This document shows positions 10,280-18,475 of a DNA stretch of 64,000 bases, in pieces (positions within the stretch are counted from its first letter, which is position 1; every line of letters starts with the position of its first letter). A model generated the notes under the pieces. It saw only the letters and a list, made by a program, of their open reading frames with translations. It made no database searches and had not been told where the DNA came from. The position numbers and the translations under genes were made by a program. Origin of the DNA: an uncultured Nitrospiraceae bacterium (lineage in GTDB: Bacteria > Nitrospirota > Thermodesulfovibrionia > Thermodesulfovibrionales > Dissulfurispiraceae); assembly GCA_963705105.1 (NCBI GenBank), contig CAVPIW010000012.1:160001-224000 (forward strand), in the 5' to 3' direction.

Positions 10280-11593
10280 GTGAGAAATGCGTCACATGAC
10301 AGCCGGGAACAGCTTCCTGATTTTCAGTCCTTTCTTCGGGAACGTAAGCTCGTGCCCGAAAAGAACATCCCCTATTTCGCCTATTGGGTGAGCCGCTTCC
10401 TCTCCTTTGCGCGAAAGCGTGACATTGACGCTTCGGAATATCGCGAATCGGCCGTCATCGAGTTTGTTGAATCGCTCAGGGCCGACACGCGCGTGCTCGA
10501 CTGGCAGCCGCGTCAGGCCGAAGATGCACTGAAGCTCTACTACGTCAATTTTCTCGGCAAGTCGCCGGCGCCTGCTGCCGGGGCAGCGCAGTCCGATTCC
10601 GTACCGGCGGTGCTCAAGGAGGTCAGGCGCCACCTCAGGCTGAAGCATTATTCCTACAGCACGGAGCGGACGTATCTGCAATGGGCGGAGCGGTTTTTCT
10701 CGTATGCTCTGCAATCCGGACAGAAGGGCATCGCCGATTTGTCTTCAAAGGATGTCAGGGACTTTCTCAGCCATCTCGCCCTGAAGCAGAGGGTTTCGGC
10801 CTCGACGCAGAATCAGGCCTTCAATGCGCTCCTGTTTCTCTTCCGCCATGTCCTGGGCAGGGAAACGGGGGATCTCGGTAACACGGTGAGGGCGAAGCGG
10901 GGCCCGAAGCTGCCCGTCGTGCTGACGGTCGAGGAGGTGAAACAGCTCCTTTCCGCCATGAAGGGGACGACGCGGCTCATGGCGGAGCTGCTGTACGGGA
11001 CGGGCCTCCGTCTTATGGAGCTTGCCCGTCTGCGCGTCAATGACATCGACTTCGATGCATATACCGTTTTCGTGAGGAGCGGGAAGGGCGACAAGGACCG
11101 GTCGACGATGCTGCCGGAGGCGGTCAGGGAGCGTATGCGGGAGCATCTTCAAGGGGTGAAGGCGGTGCACGAGCGGGATCTCGGCATGGGATACGGGGAG
11201 GTCCACCTGCCCGATGCCCTCGGCCGCAAGTATCCGAATGCGGGGAAGGAATGGGCCTGGCAGTTTGTGTTCCCGTCGGTGAAGCTGTCCGTCGATCCCC
11301 GGACGGGAAGGGTGGGGCGTCATCACATCAGCGATACGGCGATCCAGGAGGCGGTGAAGCGTGCGCTGGGGAAGGCCGGCATCGCTAAGCACGCGTCGGT
11401 CCACACGCTCCGCCACAGCTTTGCGACCCATCTGCTGATGGCCGGGGTGAACATCAGAGAGGTGCAGTCCCTTCTCGGTCACAAGAACGTGGAGACGACG
11501 ATGATCTATACGCATGTGCTGAGGGACCTGTCGAATGCGCCCACAAGCCCGCTCGATGCATTGTATACGACCCAGCCTTCCGAAGGTCGATGA
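10280..11593 (+). CDS. intI: Integron integrase (tyrosine recombinase), long form
   Basis: LLYGTGLR, GKGDKDR, HTLRHSFATHLL, LGH..TTMIYTH plus the integron-specific insert VHLPDALGRKYPNAGKEWAWQFVFPS; divergent from the attC array. Confidence 0.97.
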   Translation: MRNASHDSREQLPDFQSFLRERKLVPEKNIPYFAYWVSRFLSFARKRDIDASEYRESAVIEFVESLRADTRVLDWQPRQAEDALKLYYVNFLGKSPAPAAGAAQSDSVPAVLKEVRRHLRLKHYSYSTERTYLQWAERFFSYALQSGQKGIADLSSKDVRDFLSHLALKQRVSASTQNQAFNALLFLFRHVLGRETGDLGNTVRAKRGPKLPVVLTVEEVKQLLSAMKGTTRLMAELLYGTGLRLMELARLRVNDIDFDAYTVFVRSGKGDKDRSTMLPEAVRERMREHLQGVKAVHERDLGMGYGEVHLPDALGRKYPNAGKEWAWQFVFPSVKLSVDPRTGRVGRHHISDTAIQEAVKRALGKAGIAKHASVHTLRHSFATHLLMAGVNIREVQSLLGHKNVETTMIYTHVLRDLSNAPTSPLDALYTTQPSEGR

Positions 11594-11640
11594 GGGCGCA
11601 TTTCTCCGTCTTGCTCATCACTTCTCCTCACCCGGCTTTG

Positions 11641-11807
11641 CCGCAGGAAAGGCGTGCCGAAGCGCACTGAAAAACAGTGTCAGTGACAGTGTGAGTGTCA
11701 GTAAAGGTTCATTTTTTCAACAGTCGGTAAGGTGTCGCCGCAGCAAGGTTTTCGGCGCATTCACCCCAGCCCCGCCTTTCCGGAGACCCTATTGCAACGA
11801 TAAGGTT
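11641..11807 (-). repeat. Family A inverted-repeat element, full copy
   Basis: Reverse complement of ACCTTATCGTTGCAATA..GGAAAGGCGGGG..GCGCCGAAAACC..GACACT repeats. Confidence 0.85.
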
Positions 11808-11911
11808 CACTCTTCCAGGGAATGGCGTCAACTCCCGGGACAATGACGGCTGCAGTGGCGGCGCCGGGAGGAGGATAAGGTATAATTAAATCAGCGTTGT
11901 TCGGCTTCAGC

Positions 11912-11966
11912 GACTCCATGATCTCAATGACTTAATCGACTCAATCAACTTAATTACTTATTACTT
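11912..11966. repeat. Degenerate 8-9-nt tandem repeat (GACTYAATC)
   Basis: gactccat gatctcaat gacttaatc gactcaatc aacttaatt acttatt. Confidence 0.5.
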
Positions 11967-11972
11967 CGTATT

Positions 11973-12761
11973 ATGCAGATCGACGATCTCCGCACAATCG
12001 GCAAACGTCTCTTTTCGGCGATAGGGCAAACGCGCCTGTCGCCCTGCGATTCCGCGTCGATCGGCAAGGGCGCGGGGGGCGATAAGACGTTCCCTATCGA
12101 CAAGACGGCTGAAGACATCATCATCTCGTCCCTGCAAGACCTCGGTGAACCGCTCAATGTCATCTCCGAGGAGGCCGGCCTTCTCGACATGCGGGGAGGA
12201 GGGTACAGAGTCATCATCGACCCCATCGACGGCAGCAAGAATGCCATCAACGGGATACCCTTCTACTGCACGTCCATCGCCGTTGCCGGGGGCGCCGAAA
12301 TGGGGAGCGTTTTCCTCTCCTATGTCATCAACCTTCTCACGGGCGACGAGTTCTGGGCCGAGAGGGGAAAGGGGGCCTTCTTCGGCGGCAGGAGGATCAC
12401 GACGCAGCAGGATGACATCCTCCGTCTCGTCGCCTATGAAGCCCAGACACCGGGACGTGACATCCCCGTCATCATGCCGCTCCTTGGGGCGTCCCAAAGG
12501 ACGCGGTGCCTCGGCGCCACCGCCCTCGATCTGGCCTATGTGGCATACGGGGCCGTGAGCATCTTCATCGCCCCGGCCATGTCGAGGAGCTACGATTTTG
12601 CGGGCGGCTGGCTCCTCGTCAGAGAAGCCGGCGGCGTCTTCACGGACCTTGACGGCAACTCCCTGGAGCATCTCGAAATCAGCCTCGGCAGGAGCGCCCC
12701 TCTCCTTGCCTCGGGCAACGAGGCCCTTCACGACAGGGCCCTCCGCCTGCTCCATGCCTGA
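11973..12761 (+). CDS. Inositol monophosphatase / FBPase family protein
   Basis: SEEAG, IIDPIDGSKN and YDFAGG motifs. Confidence 0.9.
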   Translation: MQIDDLRTIGKRLFSAIGQTRLSPCDSASIGKGAGGDKTFPIDKTAEDIIISSLQDLGEPLNVISEEAGLLDMRGGGYRVIIDPIDGSKNAINGIPFYCTSIAVAGGAEMGSVFLSYVINLLTGDEFWAERGKGAFFGGRRITTQQDDILRLVAYEAQTPGRDIPVIMPLLGASQRTRCLGATALDLAYVAYGAVSIFIAPAMSRSYDFAGGWLLVREAGGVFTDLDGNSLEHLEISLGRSAPLLASGNEALHDRALRLLHA

Positions 12762-15378
12762 CACCATCCCCTCCATGGTGCTGAAGGCTGCGGCGTCCTT
12801 CGGAGACCGAACAGCCTTTCACTTCTTTGATGAAACCTGGAAGACCATGTCGTACGGTGAGCTCCTGGAACTCGTCCGTGCGGGCGCCGGATACCTGAAA
12901 TCCCGCGGAATCGTTAAGGGCGACCGGGTGGCGATCGTCGCTGAAAACAGGCCTGAATGGCCCGCGGCTTATCTCTCGATCGTTTTTTGCGGCGCCGTCG
13001 CCGTGCCGATCGACATTCAGCTCGGGCCGGACGACATCGGGAATCTCGTCAGGAATGCCGGGGTTGCATGCGTGATTCACAGCATAAAGACGGAAAAAAC
13101 AGTGCTCCGCTGCATCGAAGGGACGGAGATCATGGCGGTCGCCGTCGAAGCGATGAAGACAGGTGAGCCGCTTTCCCGGGGATATGAAGGGGCGGGAGAG
13201 ATTGAACCGAGTGACCTCGCCTCGATCATCTACACGTCGGGGACCACGGGCGTCCCCAAGGGCGTCATGCTCAGCCATGAGAACTTCTGTTCCGACGCGG
13301 CGGCCGTGCACGGGGCACACATCGTGTCCGAACATGACAATGTCCTGTCCGTGCTTCCTCTCCACCACACCTACCCATTCATGTGCACCTTTCTCGTCCC
13401 CCTGTCCATCGGCGCCTCCGTCACCTTCTCGCCCGGACTGAAGGCGGCCGATATCATCGCGGCAGTGCGGGAGACGGGAGTAACTGTCATCGTCGCCGTC
13501 CCGAGGCTGCTTGAGCTGATCAGGAACGGCGTCGTCGCGAAGATGAAGGAACTGGGCGTTATTTCCCGGCCTCTGATGGGCCTGATGCGTCTCTGCGGAG
13601 CGCTCAGGAGACAATACCACGTCAATGCGGGCAAGGCGATCTTCCGGTCAGTCCACAGCAACTTCAGGACCCTCCGGTTCTTCACGAGCGGCGGCGCCCG
13701 TCTCGATCCGGGGCTCATGACGGACCTCGAAGCCCTGGGTTTTACTATCCTTGAGGGATACGGTCTCACCGAGACGGCGCCGATCGTCACCTTCAACCCT
13801 CCCGAAAAAAGGGTGCCCGGATCGGCGGGGCAGCCCCTGCCGGGCGTGCAGATCGGCGTTGCCGATGACGGCGAGATCATGATCAAAGGCCCCATGGTGA
13901 CGAGCGGGTACTACCGGAACGAGAAGGCCACGGCGGGTACGTTCCGCGACGGCTGGTTCCTGACGGGCGATACGGGATACCTGGACGACAGGGGATATCT
14001 CTTCATTACGGGCCGGAAAAAGGAGGTCATCGTCCTCAGCACCGGGAAGAACGTCTATCCCGAAGACGTGGAGCGCGCCTATCTCGTCATCCCCCTCATC
14101 AAAGAGATCTGCGTGACCGTCCCTCCCCGGGGCGCGCCGGCCGATGCGCTCCATGCCGTCATCGTTCCGGACCTCGACTATGCGAGGAAATCCCACATCG
14201 GGAACATGGCCGAGACCCTCCGGTGGCAGATCAACGAGGTGAGCCAGGGGCTCCCGGAATACCAGCGGGTCCGGGGCTTCACGCTTCACGGCGAGCCTCT
14301 GCCGCGAACACCTCTGGGGAAGCTCAGGAGGTTTCTCGTGACGGCGATCCTCGAGGGCAAAGAGCAGGGGGCTCCCGAAAAGGGGGAGGACGGCTCGCTC
14401 CGTGAGGACGAGATCGGCAGGGGAGTCGTCTCGTGCATCATTTCCATCGTCGGTGACGAGAGGCCGGTTCATGGTTCGGACAACCTCGAGCTCGATCTCG
14501 GTTTCGACTCGCTTAGGCGGATAGAGTTCGTCTCAGCCGTCGAGAAGCGCTTCGGCATTTCCCTGCCCGACACATTCATGACCGAGGTCCAGACCGTCGG
14601 GGACGTGGTGACGAAGATCAGGGAATCGGGAGTCGAGGGTGGATCGGCACGCGACAGGGAGGCACGCGACTGGTCGGAGATCCTGCAGATCGAGCTGACC
14701 GAAGAGGATGCCCGGAAGGCCGGGTTTTCCCACGGCCCTCTCGAACTTGCCTGGCTGTCTGTCGTCTTTCCGCTCGTGCGGCTTTGCTTCCGGGCCTTCT
14801 TCAGACTCCGCGTGGAGGGCAAAGAGAACGTGCCGTCCTCGGGGCCCTTCATTTTTGCACCGAACCACCGGAGCTACCTCGACGGGTTCGTTGTCGGGTT
14901 CTCCTTTCCCTTCAGCACGTACAGGAACCTCTCCTTCCTCGGACTGCAGCAGTTTTTCCGCGGACGGACCGGCGCATGGATCGCGAGGATGAGCCATGTC
15001 ATCACCATCGATCCCGAGACCTACTTCATGCGCTCCCTCCAGTTGTCGGCCCATGTGCTCAGAAAGGGACGCTCCCTCTGCATCTTTCCCGAGGGGGGGC
15101 GGTCCTTCAGCGACGAAGTGCTGCCGTTCAAGAAGGGGATCGGCGTGCTCGCCGTCGAGCTGGACGTCGCGGTCATTCCCGTGTATCTCGAAGGGACCGG
15201 CGAGGCCCTGCCGCGGGGCGCCCGCTTCATCAGGTTGAAGCCCCTTCGTGTCATCATCGGAAAACCCCTTCGGATGCGCGACATCGACATGTCGGCAAGA
15301 CCCGGGGGTGTCGATGCCTATCAGTATTTCGCAGACACGCTGAGAGAGCGGGTCATCGCGCTGTCACAGCAACGGTGA
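12754..15378 (+). CDS. Long-chain acyl-CoA synthetase (AMP-binding) fused to an acyl carrier domain and a lysophospholipid acyltransferase domain
   Basis: YTSGTTGVPKG, GYGLTET, TGD; ACP LGFDSL; acyltransferase NHRSYLD and FPEGGRS; ATG 12754 overlaps the upstream gene. Confidence 0.92.
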   Translation: MPDTIPSMVLKAAASFGDRTAFHFFDETWKTMSYGELLELVRAGAGYLKSRGIVKGDRVAIVAENRPEWPAAYLSIVFCGAVAVPIDIQLGPDDIGNLVRNAGVACVIHSIKTEKTVLRCIEGTEIMAVAVEAMKTGEPLSRGYEGAGEIEPSDLASIIYTSGTTGVPKGVMLSHENFCSDAAAVHGAHIVSEHDNVLSVLPLHHTYPFMCTFLVPLSIGASVTFSPGLKAADIIAAVRETGVTVIVAVPRLLELIRNGVVAKMKELGVISRPLMGLMRLCGALRRQYHVNAGKAIFRSVHSNFRTLRFFTSGGARLDPGLMTDLEALGFTILEGYGLTETAPIVTFNPPEKRVPGSAGQPLPGVQIGVADDGEIMIKGPMVTSGYYRNEKATAGTFRDGWFLTGDTGYLDDRGYLFITGRKKEVIVLSTGKNVYPEDVERAYLVIPLIKEICVTVPPRGAPADALHAVIVPDLDYARKSHIGNMAETLRWQINEVSQGLPEYQRVRGFTLHGEPLPRTPLGKLRRFLVTAILEGKEQGAPEKGEDGSLREDEIGRGVVSCIISIVGDERPVHGSDNLELDLGFDSLRRIEFVSAVEKRFGISLPDTFMTEVQTVGDVVTKIRESGVEGGSARDREARDWSEILQIELTEEDARKAGFSHGPLELAWLSVVFPLVRLCFRAFFRLRVEGKENVPSSGPFIFAPNHRSYLDGFVVGFSFPFSTYRNLSFLGLQQFFRGRTGAWIARMSHVITIDPETYFMRSLQLSAHVLRKGRSLCIFPEGGRSFSDEVLPFKKGIGVLAVELDVAVIPVYLEGTGEALPRGARFIRLKPLRVIIGKPLRMRDIDMSARPGGVDAYQYFADTLRERVIALSQQR

Positions 15379-15404
15379 CGGTGATGAAGCGAATCGCGTC
15401 GGGA

Positions 15405-15447
15405 ATCCATTTGAAAAGAGAAAGATTCCGGACAAGCCGGAATGACA
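15405..15447. repeat. REP-like hairpin (GATTCCGGACAAGCCGGAATGAC)
   Basis: ATTCCGG-ACAAG-CCGGAAT stem-loop between convergent genes. Confidence 0.55.
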
Positions 15448-15598
15448 GAATCTTATACTGACCGTGGCTCTAACAATGAACCCATTAGTATCTCCCGGCA
15501 GCCGCACAGGGATATGGCGAGCCCGGTGAGCATGAACACACCCAGGATGACCCTGATCACCGTGACCATCACGAGGGCCGCCCCGGTCCGATGGATGC

Positions 15599-15931
15599 CT
15601 ATTTCACGTCCCGGAATTTCGCCTCGATCGCGCTGATGTCCTCGATGCGCACAAGGGCGTCATAGAAATCCCTGCCGGCGAGCTTTTCGATGTGGACGAG
15701 ACCGTTGCCGACGGACTTGACGTAGCCCTGGAACGTCTTCCCGGATCTCAGATGGACATGAACGTTCTTGCCCGTGTAGAACGTGAGATTATCCGCCAGT
15801 GATTCAGCGGTATTGAATTTTACTCCCTCCAAAGCAGTTGCATCTTTGGCCTGCGCCCCGGCAGGAAGCATTCCCCAGCTCATGACGACGGCCAATACCG
15901 CAGGCAGAAAAAGCCTGACACTCTTCTTCAT
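15599..15931 (-). CDS. Secreted hypothetical protein, possibly Sm/LSm-like beta-barrel
   Basis: Signal peptide (AQA cleavage); GKNVHVHLRSGKTFQGYVKSV; GAGGA RBS. Confidence 0.8.
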   Translation of the reverse strand: MKKSVRLFLPAVLAVVMSWGMLPAGAQAKDATALEGVKFNTAESLADNLTFYTGKNVHVHLRSGKTFQGYVKSVGNGLVHIEKLAGRDFYDALVRIEDISAIEAKFRDVK

Positions 15932-16094
15932 GGTTCATCTCCTCTTTGCCCGTGTTTCGTTTTTATTGTCAGTGTCTATCACTGCGAGACAGCGCCGTTA
16001 CCTGTCAACCTCAGCCGATCATGTTGCAGTCTGACTCGAATTGCAGCGGGTTGCCACGCTTCAGATCTTCTGTAGCTGCGGAAAACAGGCACAC

Positions 16095-16153
16095 CAGGGC
16101 TTTTCGGCGTATACGCCCCGCCTTTCCGGAGTGCTTATGCAATGATAAGGTTA
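16095..16153 (-). repeat. Family A half copy (left arm)
   Basis: TAACCTTATCATTGCATAAGCACTCCGGAAAGGCGGGGCGTATACGCCGAAAAGCC; overlaps the TAA stop of the adjacent gene. Confidence 0.8.
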
Positions 16154-16696
16154 CGGGGGCGGGGGTGACCCGGGGTAAGGCGAATACGAGGACGGCGGCG
16201 GTGCCCCGTAGTCAGGCGGCGGAGGGGGGGTCCTCTGGTAACGACGGGTCCGCTGTGTCATGCCGGGAATCTGGTTCCCCTTCGCATACATGCACTGCAG
16301 ATAGGCGATGTCATACCGCCGCTGCGCCTCCCACCCGTAGACCTGGCCTGCGCCGGCCCCGCTGGTCGCTCCGAAGAGGAGTCCCGTGCCGGCTCCGATG
16401 GCCGCACCGGTCCCGGTGTCGCCCGAAGCGGAACCGATGGCCGCCCCGAGGCCCGCTCCAATGATCGTGCCGATGACGGCCCCTGCGGCGGTGTTCTGAT
16501 TGATCGTATCCTGGGGGGATATCCCGATTTGCTGCGCCGCCCACTGCCTGCAGACGGCATCCTCTGCCCGGAATTGATCGAAGGGTTTATCAGGGGCCGG
16601 CAGCACCATAACGCTGGGTCCAGCGGGTACGGTGGCGCACCCCCCCATCGTCAGCAGCGCGACCAGAAGCAACAAGACTTTCCCTTGCTTCAACAT
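16151..16696 (-). CDS. Glycine-zipper lipoprotein
   Basis: Lipobox-like MGGC; GAVIGTIIGAGLGAAIG zipper; Pro-rich tail. Confidence 0.85.
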   Translation of the reverse strand: MLKQGKVLLLLVALLTMGGCATVPAGPSVMVLPAPDKPFDQFRAEDAVCRQWAAQQIGISPQDTINQNTAAGAVIGTIIGAGLGAAIGSASGDTGTGAAIGAGTGLLFGATSGAGAGQVYGWEAQRRYDIAYLQCMYAKGNQIPGMTQRTRRYQRTPPPPPDYGAPPPSSYSPYPGSPPPP

Positions 16697-16700
16697 TTTT

Positions 16701-17126
16701 TCACTCCTCCCAGTCCGGCGGCGGAGGAGGCGGAACGACTTTCATCCAGCCGCCGGGACAGCGGTTGACATAGGGATAATAAGCCCGGGCATCGGGGCAG
16801 TAATACCAGAACGTCTCTTCCTCGGCCTCGGGCTCCGGAGCCTGCTCCTCATAGCGCGGCAGGGGCTGCTCGACGACAGGTGGCCCCGGATAGTAGTAAG
16901 GATAGCCCTGCGCACCCCACCACCACGGTCCCCAGACACCCCAGCCCCATCCCGGCCCGAGCACGACACCACCGCTGAAGGTGAAATGTGACCCGTACGC
17001 GTCCACAAAACCGGCGCCTGTCAGAAGCAACGCCGCGATGAGAAGAAGAAGGAGAAGGCTCAGCCGGCCCGCGGCTTCTTTGCATCGTAATGAGGATGTA
17101 AGGAGAGGATGAATATGCATACACAT
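16701..17126 (-). CDS. Pro/Trp/Tyr-rich secreted or membrane hypothetical protein
   Basis: Hydrophobic N-terminus; WYYCPD..AYYPYVNRCPGGW motif; start uncertain. Confidence 0.75.
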   Translation of the reverse strand: MCMHIHPLLTSSLRCKEAAGRLSLLLLLLIAALLLTGAGFVDAYGSHFTFSGGVVLGPGWGWGVWGPWWWGAQGYPYYYPGPPVVEQPLPRYEEQAPEPEAEEETFWYYCPDARAYYPYVNRCPGGWMKVVPPPPPPDWEE

Positions 17127-17374
17127 ATTTTATCACGATTTCATTTCAGATCCCACACTGTCGCACAAGCCTGGTCAATTTGACAGGACACCCGGAGAGA
17201 AGTAAAGGATCGTGCTCGTATTGAGATTCTCCCTCTCCCGTGATATTATCGAATTATACTGAAAGAGCGGTTTCTGCCGGCTGCAGCCATCGGTGCTGAC
17301 GCCGGAGCATCTCATTTTCTCTCCATTCACCCCGTGCGGGCCGGTGCATACCGGCCGAAAGCAGGAGGCTTACC

Positions 17375-18184
17375 ATGGATACGACAACTCTTCTTGCAAG
17401 CCTTAACGCCATGTTGATCAGCATCGGCTGGAAGCTTCTCGGCGCCCTGGTGCTGTGGGTCGCCGGCCGCATGCTGATCCGGTTCACGATGCGCCTGCTG
17501 GGCGGAGGAATGCGTGCCAGGGGCATCGAGGCCACAATCATCCGTTACGTGCAGAACACGGTCAACGTGCTGCTGACGATCATCCTGGTGATCGCCATAC
17601 TCGAGGTGTTCGGAGTCCAGACCACCACGTTCGCCGCCCTGCTTGCCGGTGCGGGCCTGGCCGTGGGGGCAGCCTGGAGCGGCCTGCTCTCCAACTTCGC
17701 CGCAGGCGCTTTCCTGGTCATCCTGCGCCCCTTCAAAGTGGGAGACTTCGTCACCGCAGGAGGAATCACCGGGACGGTGGAGGAAATCGGGTTGTTCGTC
17801 AGCACCATCAACACGCCCGACAACATCCGTACCTATATCGGGAACAGCAAGATTCTCGGCGACAACATCCAGAACTTCACAGCCAATCCTTACCGGCGCG
17901 TGGACATCACGGCCCAGGTGGCCCATTCCATGGATCCCGTTCAGGCTATGGAAAAGATCGCCGAAAGAGTGAAAAAGATCCCCAACGTTCTGACCGAGCC
18001 GGCGCCGGACCTGAAGATTTTGGCTCACACGCCGGCGGGATGCGTTCTCGCGGTGCGGCCCTATTGCAACAACAGCAACTACTGGCAGGTCTACTTCGAC
18101 ACGCAGCGCGCAATCCGGGAAGCCCTCGGTGCAGCCGGATACCCTGCGCCCGAGTTCGTCGTCGAGCTGAACGCCATGGGGTAA
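17375..18184 (+). CDS. mscS: Small-conductance mechanosensitive channel (MscS family)
   Basis: LLAGAGLAVG..LSNFAAG..RPFKVGD..GTVEEIG. Confidence 0.93.
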   Translation: MDTTTLLASLNAMLISIGWKLLGALVLWVAGRMLIRFTMRLLGGGMRARGIEATIIRYVQNTVNVLLTIILVIAILEVFGVQTTTFAALLAGAGLAVGAAWSGLLSNFAAGAFLVILRPFKVGDFVTAGGITGTVEEIGLFVSTINTPDNIRTYIGNSKILGDNIQNFTANPYRRVDITAQVAHSMDPVQAMEKIAERVKKIPNVLTEPAPDLKILAHTPAGCVLAVRPYCNNSNYWQVYFDTQRAIREALGAAGYPAPEFVVELNAMG

Positions 18185-18431
18185 CCTTATTGTTGCAGTA
18201 GGATTTCCGGAAAGGCGGGGTGTGGGCGCCGAAAACCCTGCTGCGGCGACACCTTTGCCTTCCCATGAAGACGTTTTCAGGCAAAGGGCTGAAAAAAGTG
18301 ACCCTTTTACGGACACTCACACTGACACTGTTTTTCAGAGCGTTTCGCCCCGCCTTTTCATGCAACAGAAAGATTAACCTTGCCGTTGCATAAGCCCCGC
18401 CTTTCCCGGGAGTGTGTTGCAACGATAAGGT
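18183..18431 (+). repeat. Family A full copy (18183-18375) followed directly by a mini copy (18376-18431)
   Basis: AACCTTATTGTTGCA...TGCAACAGAAAGATT then AACCTTGCCGTTGCA...TTGCAACGATAAGGT. Confidence 0.9.
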
Positions 18432-18475
18432 AAACAATCATGCTCGCTGCAAAATATTTGGACAGGGGTGAAACT

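Noticed and set aside
11641..11807. Family A copies as true integron attC sites
   Set aside because: Ends deviate from RYYYAAC/GTTRRRY, both orientations occur, and they flank core genes; kept only as an analogy
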